Below are positions 17,692 through 27,407 of a stretch of 64,000 bases of DNA, in pieces. Origin of the DNA: Sumerlaeia bacterium. Lineage in GTDB: Bacteria; Sumerlaeota; Sumerlaeia; SLMS01; JAHLLQ01. The stretch lies in the NCBI GenBank assembly GCA_040219255.1, contig JAVJSW010000068.1, forward strand, positions 273,800 through 337,799. The letters run 5' to 3'. The notes beneath the pieces were generated by a model. It was not told where the DNA came from, did not search any database, and saw only the letters and a list, made by a program, of their open reading frames with translations. The position numbers and the translations under genes are program-made. Numbering within the stretch: position 1 is the stretch's first letter; each line of letters opens with the position of its first letter.

Positions 17692-20364
17692 TTACCGGCT
17701 CGTCAACTTCTCCACCCGGTTCAGCACATCCTTATACCCCGCGTCGATTTTCACGAGTTGCTTGAACATCGCGGCGGCGCGGTTGAAGAAGTGGGCTTCT
17801 TCGAGGAGTTCCGCCGTCTGGTACACCCAGCCCATGAGTTCGTCGAGTTCCGCCGGGTCGTCCTGGAGGGAGAGTTTGAGTTCGCCGAGGGTGTCGCCGG
17901 CCATGTCGAAGAGGCGTTTTTTGGCGTAGCAGTAGGCCAGTTTCGCGAGGGGGAGGCGGCTGGCTTCCGGTTGGCGGCTGGCGCGTTGGTAGTAGGTGAT
18001 GGCCTGGCCGAAATCCTCGGCCTCGCGGGAGAGATCGCCGAGTTCCATGAGTTGGTCGTAGCTGGCTTTGCCGCCTTCGACCTCGCGCTGGAGGAAGGCG
18101 AAGCGTTTGCTGTCGAGGGCATGGCTGACGAGGGCGCGCAGGCGTTTCGTTTCTTTGTCCTGGGGGGCGCGCTGCTCGAGCAGTTTGTGGAATTCGGCCG
18201 CTTCGTCCGCCGCGCCCGAGTCGATGGCCATGGGGATCAGGCGGTGGAGCATGCGAGTGGCTTCTTCGCTCTCGACGACGTCGCCGCCCATGAGCCTGGA
18301 CACGTGTTTCTTGGCGCTCTTGTAGTCCTTCAGGACGAGGTAGGCTTCGCCGAGGGCGCGGCTGATTTCTTCCGTTTCCTCGCCGCCGTTGGCCAGATAG
18401 AGGGAGTAGGCGTGGATCATTTCGGTGAACATGGCAGCGCGGCGGTAGGCCTCGCCGAGCGCCGACAGAGTCGGCAGGTGGTGGGGGCTGCGGCGCAGGA
18501 TTTTCTGGCTGGCGTCGCGCAGGGTCGCGACTGGGTCCATGCCGCGGGCGGCCATGGCTTTGATGGTTTCCAGGGCGGCGTCGTAGCGGCCTTGCTCGGC
18601 CTGGAGGTCCGACAGCAGGTCCAGCAGCGGAAAGGTGATGCCGGTGGTTTTCGTTTTGGCGGCGGCGTCTTTAGGGTCGGCGGAGCCGCCGTTGTCCTCG
18701 GGGGCCGGTTCTTTCGCGGCGGCTTTGGTGACCTTGGTGAAGGCGTACTCCAGCGTGTTGGCCACGTCGCCCCGGGCGGCCGGGTGGTTTGTCAGGATCC
18801 GGTCCGCGAGGCCGACGGCGCGCTCGCCATGGCCGCCCAGAACGAGGGCCCGCAGGGCCTCCAGGTTGAGTTCCAGATCGGCTGGGGTGTTGTGGGCGCG
18901 CTCCACCAGTTCGGCCAGTTCCTTGGAAAGGATGGCGTTCTCGACGCGGCGCAGCAGCATGTTCAGCCGGCCCTCGCGCCCGGCGTCGTGGGCGCCGGGG
19001 ACCTTCAGAGCGGCCTCCGCCGCGCCGCGGGCCTGATCCATGTCTTTCATTTCAAAGTGGGCGTGGGCCAGGATTTCCAGCCGCTCCGCGTCCTTCGGCC
19101 CTTCCTGGAAGGACTTGCGGCCCAGGAACGCGCGGGCCTTGTCGGCCTTGGCGTTGCTCATCAGAACGTGGGCGTAGCGCAACGCCAGCGCCGCGTCCTG
19201 GGGTTTGTCCTCGACTTCCTGGGCCAGCACATTCTCCAGCCGGTCCGGGTAATCCATTTCCTCGTAGAGCTGGATCAGGCGGTGGCGCTTGCCCGGTTGG
19301 TTGCGATCGAGCGCCAGGGAGCGCTCGAGCCACTTCATCTGCGCCTCGCGGTTGGCGGTGCGTTCCGCCTGGGACGCCAGGATGTTCAGCACATCCGGCC
19401 GCTCTTCCTTGTTGAGGATGTCGCGCAGGATCTTGTTGCTGCGAGGCATGGGCACGCGCTCCACCTCGCCCAGGCGCTTGGCCGCCTGCACGGCCTCGGG
19501 AAAGCGCCGCGCCGCGACCAGGAGCGAGGCGTAGGCCGCCAGCGCTTCCTCGTCCTCGCCGCCGACGCCATAGCGCTCCATGGCATCGAGGGCCTCCTCC
19601 TCGTGGCCCTGCTCGAGAAGCTCGTCCAGGTAGGCTTCCTGAAGCTGTTCGTCGTTGGGGAATTTTTCGAGGAGCTGGCGCAGGTAAGTCAGGTATTCCG
19701 CCGGTTTGCCTTCCTCGTTGGCGAGGCGGCAGAGCATTTCGAGTAGGTCCGCGTCGCGGTCGCCGGCGGCGTAGAGGTCGCGCAGCATGGCCGAGGTCTC
19801 GCCCCGGGCGCCCCGGCGGAAGCGCTCCATCGCCACGGCGCGCAGAAGCCGGTCCTGGCCCGGGCGCCACAGAAGGCCGATGCGGCTGACCAGCAAGGCG
19901 GGTCCGCCGAGGTTTTTCTGGTCCATGGACCGCAGCGCCCGATCCCAGAACCAGCGGAAGAACAGCTCGACCGCCAGGATCAGCACGGCACCAGCCAGCG
20001 CCCCGCCCGCCGCCGACAGCCAGCCGAGCGCCGGATTGCCGAATTCCTCGAGCGTGAACCAGTACCCCGCCGCCGCCGCCAACGCTCCTGGCCCGGCGAA
20101 CCCGGCGGCCATACTGACAAACGGCCGGCCCTTGGCCCTCGGGTCCAGACTGATCAGGTAGCCGAGCACCGCCAGCGCCGCCAGAACGCCCGCCACGGGA
20201 AACAAGAGGGGCGCGAACGCGAGCGGATCGTCGAGCGTGAACTGGTTCACGATGCGCCCCTGCAACCCCTCGTCCATCCAGAAAAGCTGGAGCAGGACGG
20301 CTCCGCCCACCCCCGCCAGACAGGCGGCCCAAAAGAAAACAAGCGATGAAACACGGCGCATCAT
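17692..20364 (-). CDS. Membrane protein with a large tetratricopeptide-repeat region
   Basis: About four N-terminal TM helices followed by helical TPR-like repeats; C-terminus IDAGYKDVLNRVEKL. Confidence 0.85.
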   Translation of the reverse strand: MMRRVSSLVFFWAACLAGVGGAVLLQLFWMDEGLQGRIVNQFTLDDPLAFAPLLFPVAGVLAALAVLGYLISLDPRAKGRPFVSMAAGFAGPGALAAAAGYWFTLEEFGNPALGWLSAAGGALAGAVLILAVELFFRWFWDRALRSMDQKNLGGPALLVSRIGLLWRPGQDRLLRAVAMERFRRGARGETSAMLRDLYAAGDRDADLLEMLCRLANEEGKPAEYLTYLRQLLEKFPNDEQLQEAYLDELLEQGHEEEALDAMERYGVGGEDEEALAAYASLLVAARRFPEAVQAAKRLGEVERVPMPRSNKILRDILNKEERPDVLNILASQAERTANREAQMKWLERSLALDRNQPGKRHRLIQLYEEMDYPDRLENVLAQEVEDKPQDAALALRYAHVLMSNAKADKARAFLGRKSFQEGPKDAERLEILAHAHFEMKDMDQARGAAEAALKVPGAHDAGREGRLNMLLRRVENAILSKELAELVERAHNTPADLELNLEALRALVLGGHGERAVGLADRILTNHPAARGDVANTLEYAFTKVTKAAAKEPAPEDNGGSADPKDAAAKTKTTGITFPLLDLLSDLQAEQGRYDAALETIKAMAARGMDPVATLRDASQKILRRSPHHLPTLSALGEAYRRAAMFTEMIHAYSLYLANGGEETEEISRALGEAYLVLKDYKSAKKHVSRLMGGDVVESEEATRMLHRLIPMAIDSGAADEAAEFHKLLEQRAPQDKETKRLRALVSHALDSKRFAFLQREVEGGKASYDQLMELGDLSREAEDFGQAITYYQRASRQPEASRLPLAKLAYCYAKKRLFDMAGDTLGELKLSLQDDPAELDELMGWVYQTAELLEEAHFFNRAAAMFKQLVKIDAGYKDVLNRVEKLTSR

Positions 20365-20599
20365 GGTCTCGGAACAGCACCTCGCGGACTGGTGGGTTGA
20401 AGGGAAGGCCTGCGCCCTGAACAAATCCTGTACCGTGATGCGGCCAACGGCAAGCCGACGGCAAGGGGCGATTGGGATTTCTTCAGGTCTGGCGCGACAC
20501 TTCCGTTCCGACCCGCGAAAGCTGACCTTGCGGAATCACCGCCCGATTGTGTCTGATTTCGAATCCCGTCCGGCCCCTCGCCGCCCAGGCCACCGACCC

Positions 20600-21733
20600 A
20601 TGCGCTCTCCCTTGCTCCCGCTGATAACCGCCGTTCTCGCGCTCGGTTGGCAAACCACCCGCGCCGAAAGCCCCCTCCGCCCCGCCTTCCACCGCGGCGT
20701 CTGCCTCGAAGGCGGCCTGCCGCTCGAGCCCTGTCACATCGAAGAACTCACCGCCACGGGCGTGACCCATGTGTCGCTCAACCCGTTTGGCTGGATGGAG
20801 AGCGCGTCCTCCACCGAAGTCCACATGCGAACCGAATCGGGCGGCGGGGGCGGCGGGCGGTGGTTTGGCGAGCGCGACGATGGCCTGCGCCAGTACGCCT
20901 CGCTGGCCCGCGAGGCGGGGATGACGGTGATGCTGCGGCCCCACATCTGGCTCCGCCGCGGGGGCAAGGACGCCCAGGGCAACGACCTCTGGCTGGACGA
21001 CATCGGGTTCGAGACGGAGGCGCAGTGGCAGGCGTTCTTCGCCAGTTACACCCGCTTCGCCGTGCATTACGCCGCGCTGGCCGAGGACGCGGGCATGGCG
21101 TGGTACAGCGTCGGCGCGGAAATGACACGCGCCACCCGCGAACGCCCCGAGGACTGGCGCCGCGTGATCGCCGCCTGCCGCGAGGTTTACAGAGGCAAGC
21201 TGATCTACAGCGCGAACTGGTACGAGGAAGCGGAGGCCCTGGCATTCGGCGACGCGCTGGATGCGATCGGGGTTCAGGCGTACTTTCCCCTAGCCGAGGC
21301 ACCGGGCGATAGGGCGGAGGATCTGGCGGCGCGGTTCGAGGGTTGGCTCGACCGCATGGAGGCGGTTTCACGGCGCGCGGGGAGGCCCGTGATCTTTACG
21401 GAAATCGGTTATAAGGCGACGCCGAACGCGCTGGTCGAGCCGTGGGTCTGGCGCGAGGACGGCGGTCCCTCGCCGGCGACGCAGGCGCTGGGTTATCGCG
21501 TGGCACTCGCGGCGATGGCGGACGAGGAGTGGCTGGCCGGGGCGTACTGGTGGAAGTACCACGCCGACCCCTGCGCCACGGCCCAGCCCCGCCGGCCGGG
21601 CGATTTCACCTGGCAGGGCCAGCCCGCCGCCGAGATCCTGGCACGGGCCTATCGAGGTCTGGACATGGAAACGCCCGGTTCCTCGGGCGAAGAACCGGGC
21701 GCGGAGGCTTTGGGGAACGGGGGCGGGCGTTAG
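20600..21733 (+). CDS. Secreted glycoside hydrolase family 113-like TIM barrel
   Basis: Signal peptide; VMLRPHIW, SVGAE, YSANW, IGVQAYFPL, PVIFTEIGY and GAYWWK. Confidence 0.85.
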   Translation: MRSPLLPLITAVLALGWQTTRAESPLRPAFHRGVCLEGGLPLEPCHIEELTATGVTHVSLNPFGWMESASSTEVHMRTESGGGGGGRWFGERDDGLRQYASLAREAGMTVMLRPHIWLRRGGKDAQGNDLWLDDIGFETEAQWQAFFASYTRFAVHYAALAEDAGMAWYSVGAEMTRATRERPEDWRRVIAACREVYRGKLIYSANWYEEAEALAFGDALDAIGVQAYFPLAEAPGDRAEDLAARFEGWLDRMEAVSRRAGRPVIFTEIGYKATPNALVEPWVWREDGGPSPATQALGYRVALAAMADEEWLAGAYWWKYHADPCATAQPRRPGDFTWQGQPAAEILARAYRGLDMETPGSSGEEPGAEALGNGGGR

Positions 21734-22350
21734 CCGCGCTTGCGGCCGGCGAACTTCCACGCGGCCGGCAGAACGGCGGCGGCGAGGATGATCTTGATGA
21801 CTTCGCCCGGCAGATAGATCAGCAAGCCCATATCGTAGGCGTGTGAGAGATTACCGCCGAGCCAGTTGCTGTACCAAAGCACGCCGGGAACGAAAATCAC
21901 CGCCGTGCCCGCCGCCATCGCGATCAGCGAACGGGACATGGTGCGGTCGAAACCGCGCTCGGCCAAGTAGCCCACCAAGGCGGCGGCGGCCAGGAACCCG
22001 AGCAGATACCCGCCCGTCGGCCCCATGAAGTAAACCGGGCCGGCGCCCAGGTTCGCGAACACGGGCGCGCCCGCCAGGCCAAGCGCCAGATACGACGCCA
22101 CCGACGAAGCGGCAAGCCGCCAGCCAAGCACCATGCCGATGACCAGCACCGCAAAGGACTGCATCGAAATCGGCACGCCGGGGCTGAGGGCCGTGTTGAA
22201 GGAAAGTTTGGCGCCAATCGTCATCAGGGCGACACCGCCGATGACGAGGGCTCCGTTGCGGAGCCAGGGAAGGGCCTTGGACTCGGACGTGGTCGCCGCG
22301 GGCCACAGGGCGTCCGAAAGCGTAAGGGTGACAGGGGCGGCTTCAGACAT
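21730..22350 (-). CDS. bioY: Biotin transporter BioY
   Basis: VPISMQSFAV, YLALGLAGAPVFA and GPTGGYLLGF. Confidence 0.95.
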   Translation of the reverse strand: MSEAAPVTLTLSDALWPAATTSESKALPWLRNGALVIGGVALMTIGAKLSFNTALSPGVPISMQSFAVLVIGMVLGWRLAASSVASYLALGLAGAPVFANLGAGPVYFMGPTGGYLLGFLAAAALVGYLAERGFDRTMSRSLIAMAAGTAVIFVPGVLWYSNWLGGNLSHAYDMGLLIYLPGEVIKIILAAAVLPAAWKFAGRKRG

Positions 22351-22374
22351 AATGGATCGTCCTTATACGAAATG

Positions 22375-22412
22375 AAAAAACCGGGCGAATTCCCACGGAG
22401 GAACTCGCCCGG
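22375..22412 (-). terminator. Rho-independent terminator after the DUF892 gene
   Basis: CCGGGCGAATTCC/GGAACTCGCCCGG stem followed by U6 on the minus strand. Confidence 0.7.
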
Positions 22413-22474
22413 AATCAAGCCTGCTCTGATCCGAGGTGTCAAGGCCACCCGGCCTCCCGAATCGATTTAGGACA

Positions 22475-22981
22475 TTACTTCTTCGCTTCCTTGTTCACGC
22501 CGCTCGAGAGCATGCCGCCCTCGGCGATTTTGGTGACGCGCTTGTCGGAAGCGCCCGCTTCGTCCAGGCAATCGTCGAGCAGCTTGGCGTCGTCCTTCAG
22601 GCCCAGTTCCTTGGCGAAGGCCTTGACCGTGCCGTAGCCGGCGATGCCGTAGTGGGCGATGCGGTTGACGCTGGCGATGAGGGCGGCGTCGCGGACGGCG
22701 ATATCGGCGCGCTCGCCAAGGTTTTCCTCGGCCTCGCGGATGATGCCCGCCATGGCCTCGCACTTGTGGCCCGTGGGTTCGGCGCCGTGGCCGCGGATGA
22801 TGGCTTCCAGGCGTTCCTGGCGGACCTTCGAGCCCTTGTTGCATTCATCGAAGCAGGCGTTCAGGTCGCTGTTCTGGGTCGCCGTGGCGATGCGCGGAAA
22901 GATTGTCTGGGCCTGCCGCTCGGCGCTGTGCAGATCACGAAGTTGTTCGATGTAGAGTTGTTTGAGAGTCGTCAAAGGCAT
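22475..22981 (-). CDS. DUF892 (YciE/YciF) ferritin-like protein
   Basis: LRDLHSAERQ, KCEAMAGII, VRDAALIA and HYGIAGYGT. Confidence 0.9.
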   Translation of the reverse strand: MPLTTLKQLYIEQLRDLHSAERQAQTIFPRIATATQNSDLNACFDECNKGSKVRQERLEAIIRGHGAEPTGHKCEAMAGIIREAEENLGERADIAVRDAALIASVNRIAHYGIAGYGTVKAFAKELGLKDDAKLLDDCLDEAGASDKRVTKIAEGGMLSSGVNKEAKK

Positions 22982-23280
22982 AGGGGGATTCCTCCGGTGG
23001 AGATTATTTACGGTCAGCGCGGGAAGGCTCGCCCCCGCGCTGGCACTTTGTACCGCCAGAGTTGTGCCACGCCGCCCATCGGCACCTGGTGCAATGACCC
23101 CCGTCAGGCCCTGCGAAAGTCCCGTCCGTGGCGCATCTCGCGCCACCTTCCCTCTCGGCGGGCGGATAGCGGCGAGGCAGAAACTTCGGCGGCGGAATTT
23201 TCGTCTTGGCCCCCCACAGGACACACGCTATTCCGTGCCCACTGAACAACCACCACCCTCTCGAAGAAGGATTTCGTTTC

Positions 23281-23700
23281 ATGGGTCTTTTCGATCGTCT
23301 GACAGGAGGGGGAGCGATCGAGCTGACCCCCAAGAGTTCGCTCGCGCTTTCCGCCATCGTCATGATGGCCGCCGACGGCGTTGTCGAGGAGTCCGAACTG
23401 GCCTCCCTCGGCCAGATCGTGCGCGACGACAAGAAAGCCTTCCAGGATGCCTACAAGGTTTACAAGAACAAGAAGCCTTCGGAAATCATCCCGATGGTCG
23501 CCGAGAAGCTGAACCAAAGACAGCGCCTCGCCACCATCGCCATCCTCCTCGACATGGCCATGGGCGACGGCCACCTGGACAACAACGAGAAGGCCCTCCT
23601 GCAAGCCTTCGCCGATGCCTTCGAACTCGCCGAAGGCGACGTGACGGAAATCATCGACGTGATCGCCATCAAGAACAACTTCTCGATTTTCGAGGAATAA
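23281..23700 (+). CDS. TerB family tellurite-resistance protein
   Basis: MMAADGVVEESE and DMAMGDGHLDNNEK double motif. Confidence 0.85.
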   Translation: MGLFDRLTGGGAIELTPKSSLALSAIVMMAADGVVEESELASLGQIVRDDKKAFQDAYKVYKNKKPSEIIPMVAEKLNQRQRLATIAILLDMAMGDGHLDNNEKALLQAFADAFELAEGDVTEIIDVIAIKNNFSIFEE

Positions 23701-23787
23701 GCCGGTCTCCAGCCCGCCCCCGTGCGGCGGGACGGAGCGTGATTCTCCCTTATTCCAGTTGATTCTCTGAGGACACATCGGGCGAGC

Positions 23788-24918
23788 ATGAGAGATCGTT
23801 TCGATCCGATTCTTCCCGCAGGAGACCCGCACCCCGTGCCCGCCCTTCGCCGCCTGATTCTCGTCGGAGCCTTCGCGCTCCTGGCCCCCCTCCTGCCCGC
23901 CCAGGACCTCGACTGCCCCAGCGCCACCTGCGCCGTGGTTCGGCAGGACGGGGCGACCACCGGCTCCAGCATCGGCGTGTACGAAACCATCCAGGCGGCG
24001 ATCAATGACGCGGCCATCCGTGGCCACACGGAAATCGTGGTCTATCCGGGGCGGTATTATGAGAACCTGCACTTCTCCCTCGGCGGCATGACACTGCGCT
24101 CGCTCGAGGGGCCGCTCTTGACGTGTATCGATGGGTCCACATCGGCGATTTCGGACGCCCCCACCATCGGCATGGATTCGGTGCAGGGACTGAGCTTTAT
24201 CGGTTTCACCATTTCCGGCGGCGGGTACGGCGTGCTGGTTTCCATTTCCGCGGAAGCCACCATCCGCAACTGCGTGATCGAGGGGAATCGCATCGCGGGA
24301 GTTGGAACATTCTGGAACGAAGAGCTGCTTCCCCCGCCAGCTGTCAGTGTGATCAATTGCGTGGTCAGTAATAACTCTGGCAGTGGCATTGCAATGACGA
24401 GCTTACTTAATTCACGCGGATGTCCACTCGTTTCGCACATGAGTGTTCACAATTCAATCATAACCAACAATGGCCGATATGCTGTCGACTACGGTGTGGT
24501 CAATTCCATATGTTGTTGTTCCAGTTTCCTTTTCACGGATCGATTTCAGTTTTCGCACAACTTGCTATCAGCGAATGCAGAAGGAAATCTGGGCCCCTCC
24601 ATTGCTAATGGAAGCATTCCCATCGGCACCGCAAATATCCAAAACCAATCCCCCGGTTTCATCGGCTCCGCCACCGGCTGCGGCCCGGACGTTCGCCTCC
24701 TGAGCACCTCCAACGCCCGCAACCAAGGCTGGCCCGCCGCCGCTTACCGCGACCCCGATGGGTCGCGCAACGACATGGGAGCTTTCGGCGGCCCCTTCGC
24801 CGAGGCCTACTACACCTCGATGGACGACGGCCCCGTCATCAAGCAGGTCACCCCCCTCGGCACCATCCGCGCCGGAGACGGCCCCTTCACCATCGAAGCC
24901 GTCGGCGCGGCGAGGTAA
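23788..24918 (+). CDS. Secreted right-handed parallel beta-helix protein, paralog 1
   Basis: Signal peptide; TIQAAI, VYPGRYYEN, IRNCVIEGN and VINCVVSNN; DPDGSRNDMGAFGG tail. Confidence 0.88.
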   Translation: MRDRFDPILPAGDPHPVPALRRLILVGAFALLAPLLPAQDLDCPSATCAVVRQDGATTGSSIGVYETIQAAINDAAIRGHTEIVVYPGRYYENLHFSLGGMTLRSLEGPLLTCIDGSTSAISDAPTIGMDSVQGLSFIGFTISGGGYGVLVSISAEATIRNCVIEGNRIAGVGTFWNEELLPPPAVSVINCVVSNNSGSGIAMTSLLNSRGCPLVSHMSVHNSIITNNGRYAVDYGVVNSICCCSSFLFTDRFQFSHNLLSANAEGNLGPSIANGSIPIGTANIQNQSPGFIGSATGCGPDVRLLSTSNARNQGWPAAAYRDPDGSRNDMGAFGGPFAEAYYTSMDDGPVIKQVTPLGTIRAGDGPFTIEAVGAAR

Positions 24919-26079
24919 GCCAAGCCGCCGCCGAAGACTCTGAAATGCCCCCTGTATCGAACAGGCACCCGCACCCGAAAAAGGAGCCTCGTCCTCTTGA
25001 AGTTTCCAGCCCAGTTTCTCATAGCCGCCGCCATATCGTGCTTTGCGATGACGGCATTCGCCCAGGATTTCGACTGCCCGAGCGCGGATTGCGTCGTGGT
25101 TCGCCAGGACGGCGCCACCACCGGCTCGCAAATCGGCGTGTACGACACCATTCAGGCAGCCATCCTTGCGGCACCCTCCCAGGGCTTTAGCGAAATCTTG
25201 GTCTATCCGGGGGAATACCGCGAGACGCTGCAAATCAATCAGGGCGGTCTGACCTTGCGGGCAATCGACGGCCCTCTACTGACTTGCATCAATGGGGCGG
25301 ACGACACGGACTCGACCATTCCCGTGGTCAGTTTGGGGTTCGCGCAGGAAGTGACCCTGATCGGATTCAACATCCGCGGCGGGGGCTATGGAGTTTTTCT
25401 TTCGGATTCCGCAGAAGTTCGGCTTCAGAATTGTGTTGTTGAAGGGAATCGCATTTCGGGGATCTACTCGGAATGGACAACTATCAACGTGACGCCTCCA
25501 CAGCTTACTGTTTCCAACTGTGTCGTGACCAACAATGCGGGAAATGGCATCGACGTTATCCTCCCTTCCGTGAATCCCACAACTTGCTCTTTTACCACGA
25601 TTCAAAATAGTATCGTCAGCGAGAATGCCGGAGTGGGTATTTATGTGAGCTTTCTTACGGCCTTCTCGACGCAATCCACACCAAATGAGTCCGAGCGGTT
25701 CCAAATGCAATACAACCTTGTGACCGCAAATGTCGTTGGGAACTACGGTGGGTTCCTATTGGGGATTGGCGGAAAATTGCCGATCCCGGCGACCAATGCG
25801 TCGAACCTGAGCGTTGGATTTCTTGACTCCAGCCCAGGCTGCGGACGCGATGTTCGCCTCCGCACGAATTCCCAGGCCCGCAACGCGGGATGGCCCACCA
25901 CCGCGTTTCGCGATCCCGACGGCTCGCGCAACGACCTCGGCGTCTTCGGCGGCCCCTTCGCAGCGGGATTCTTCACCACCATCGACGACGGGCCCGTCGT
26001 CAAGCAAGTCACCCCCCTAGGCACCATTCGCATTTCCGACGGCCCCTTCACCATCGAAGCCGTCGGCGCGGCGAGGTAA
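24877..26079 (+). repeat. 42-bp perfect direct repeat at the 3' ends of the two beta-helix genes (24877-24918 and 26038-26079)
   Basis: GACGGCCCCTTCACCATCGAAGCCGTCGGCGCGGCGAGGTAA occurs in both. Confidence 0.9.
24997..26079 (+). CDS. Secreted right-handed parallel beta-helix protein, paralog 2
   Basis: TTG start after AAGGAG; same N-terminus (AQDFDCPS..VVRQDGATTGS) and C-terminus as paralog 1. Confidence 0.88.
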   Translation: MKFPAQFLIAAAISCFAMTAFAQDFDCPSADCVVVRQDGATTGSQIGVYDTIQAAILAAPSQGFSEILVYPGEYRETLQINQGGLTLRAIDGPLLTCINGADDTDSTIPVVSLGFAQEVTLIGFNIRGGGYGVFLSDSAEVRLQNCVVEGNRISGIYSEWTTINVTPPQLTVSNCVVTNNAGNGIDVILPSVNPTTCSFTTIQNSIVSENAGVGIYVSFLTAFSTQSTPNESERFQMQYNLVTANVVGNYGGFLLGIGGKLPIPATNASNLSVGFLDSSPGCGRDVRLRTNSQARNAGWPTTAFRDPDGSRNDLGVFGGPFAAGFFTTIDDGPVVKQVTPLGTIRISDGPFTIEAVGAAR

Positions 26080-26083
26080 TCCC

Positions 26084-27232
26084 GTGATCCGTTTTCCTTT
26101 TCTCCTTCTCGCCGTCGCCCCCCCGCTCCTGCCCGCCCTCGCGGCGGCCCAGGGCAGCGCCGTCTCCAAGGCCTTCTTCGAGGTCCAGAACTTCGACCCC
26201 ATTCCCCTCGCCGTCGCCGACGAACCGACATCCGTTCCCTATCCGCCGGGCGACCCGATGCTGGCGTTCAACCTCTCGGGCACGAGCGGCACCATCACCA
26301 CCGCCGATCCGGCTTTTGGCGACGGCGGCCTGCCCCTCGGCCCGCATCACTTCCGCATCCTTCTGGAGGACTCGGAAGGCCGCACCGGGGCAAGCGCCTG
26401 GCGCGTCTTTCGCCACGATGGCACGCCGGTCATCACCGCCTACGAATGGACGCTGTGCACGTCGCGATGGAGCATGGGCAACATCCCGCCCCAGCCCGCC
26501 TGCGGAGCCATCGCCCGCGTCGCCGTCGATCCGCCCCGCCCCGAGGCCCAGGCCAGCGTCGATTTCAACACCCGCGACCTCGGCGTCGGCACCTACTACT
26601 TCTACATCCGGTTCTTCGATCAAGACGGTTTCACGACCGAGTGGCGCGAGTTCGTGTTCGAGATCGAACCCAACCTGCCGCTCCTTCGCGCCGAATGGAC
26701 CCTGGACCCGGAAACGCCCTTTGGCGATGGCAACGCGGTCGCCATCGGCGAGCCGGACGAATTCGGCGATCACCCCCTGACGGCCCAGGTCAACCCCGCC
26801 ATCCTGCCAGCGGGAAAGAACACCATCTACCTGCGCGTCCAGCGCGACGTGCCCCGCGCCGAAGGCTCGCCCGAACCCGGCCCGGCCGACGGCAACTGGA
26901 GCGAATTCACCGAGATTCCGGTGAACCGCTGTCCCGAAGTCACCGCCCGCACCCCCGCCGCGAGCCGCCGCACTATCAACAGCAAGCGCGAAACGTTCAG
27001 CGTCACCGCCTCGGACATCGATGGCGACGGCTTGACTTACAGCCTCTTCGCCGATGGCGAGGCGGTCGCTTCCGGCCCCCTGCCCCTCGCCTACGTCTTC
27101 CCCGCTCCCGGCACCTACAACGTGGTCCTGCGCGCGACGGATGGCACCTGCCCCACCGACACCGCCTGGACGATCACCGTGACGGGAGGCCAAGGCATCA
27201 TCCTCCGCGGCCGACGGGGATTCCCGGGGTAG
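26084..27232 (+). CDS. Secreted Ig-like/PKD repeat protein
   Basis: Signal peptide; three partial Ig-like repeats, then a PKD-like domain (ASDIDGDGLTY..YVFPAPGTYNVVLRATD). Confidence 0.8.
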   Translation: MIRFPFLLLAVAPPLLPALAAAQGSAVSKAFFEVQNFDPIPLAVADEPTSVPYPPGDPMLAFNLSGTSGTITTADPAFGDGGLPLGPHHFRILLEDSEGRTGASAWRVFRHDGTPVITAYEWTLCTSRWSMGNIPPQPACGAIARVAVDPPRPEAQASVDFNTRDLGVGTYYFYIRFFDQDGFTTEWREFVFEIEPNLPLLRAEWTLDPETPFGDGNAVAIGEPDEFGDHPLTAQVNPAILPAGKNTIYLRVQRDVPRAEGSPEPGPADGNWSEFTEIPVNRCPEVTARTPAASRRTINSKRETFSVTASDIDGDGLTYSLFADGEAVASGPLPLAYVFPAPGTYNVVLRATDGTCPTDTAWTITVTGGQGIILRGRRGFPG

Positions 27233-27407
27233 CCCGAAACGGGAGCGTCCCAAGACCCCCTGCGAATAAGCCACGCAACAAACCCCCCGCGCCTTTCCCT
27301 TGCCGAGAGCGGGGCGGTTCGGCGATTGCTTCTCACCCGCGAGGGGAGCCTCGACCGGCTCGCCCCGCGCAATTTCCGGTGCCCATCGACCGGCCCGAGG
27401 TACTTCA

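Noticed and set aside
24690-26079. Diversity-generating retroelement TR/VR pair in the beta-helix gene tails
   Set aside because: The differences are mostly synonymous and not adenine-specific, and no reverse transcriptase is present in the window.
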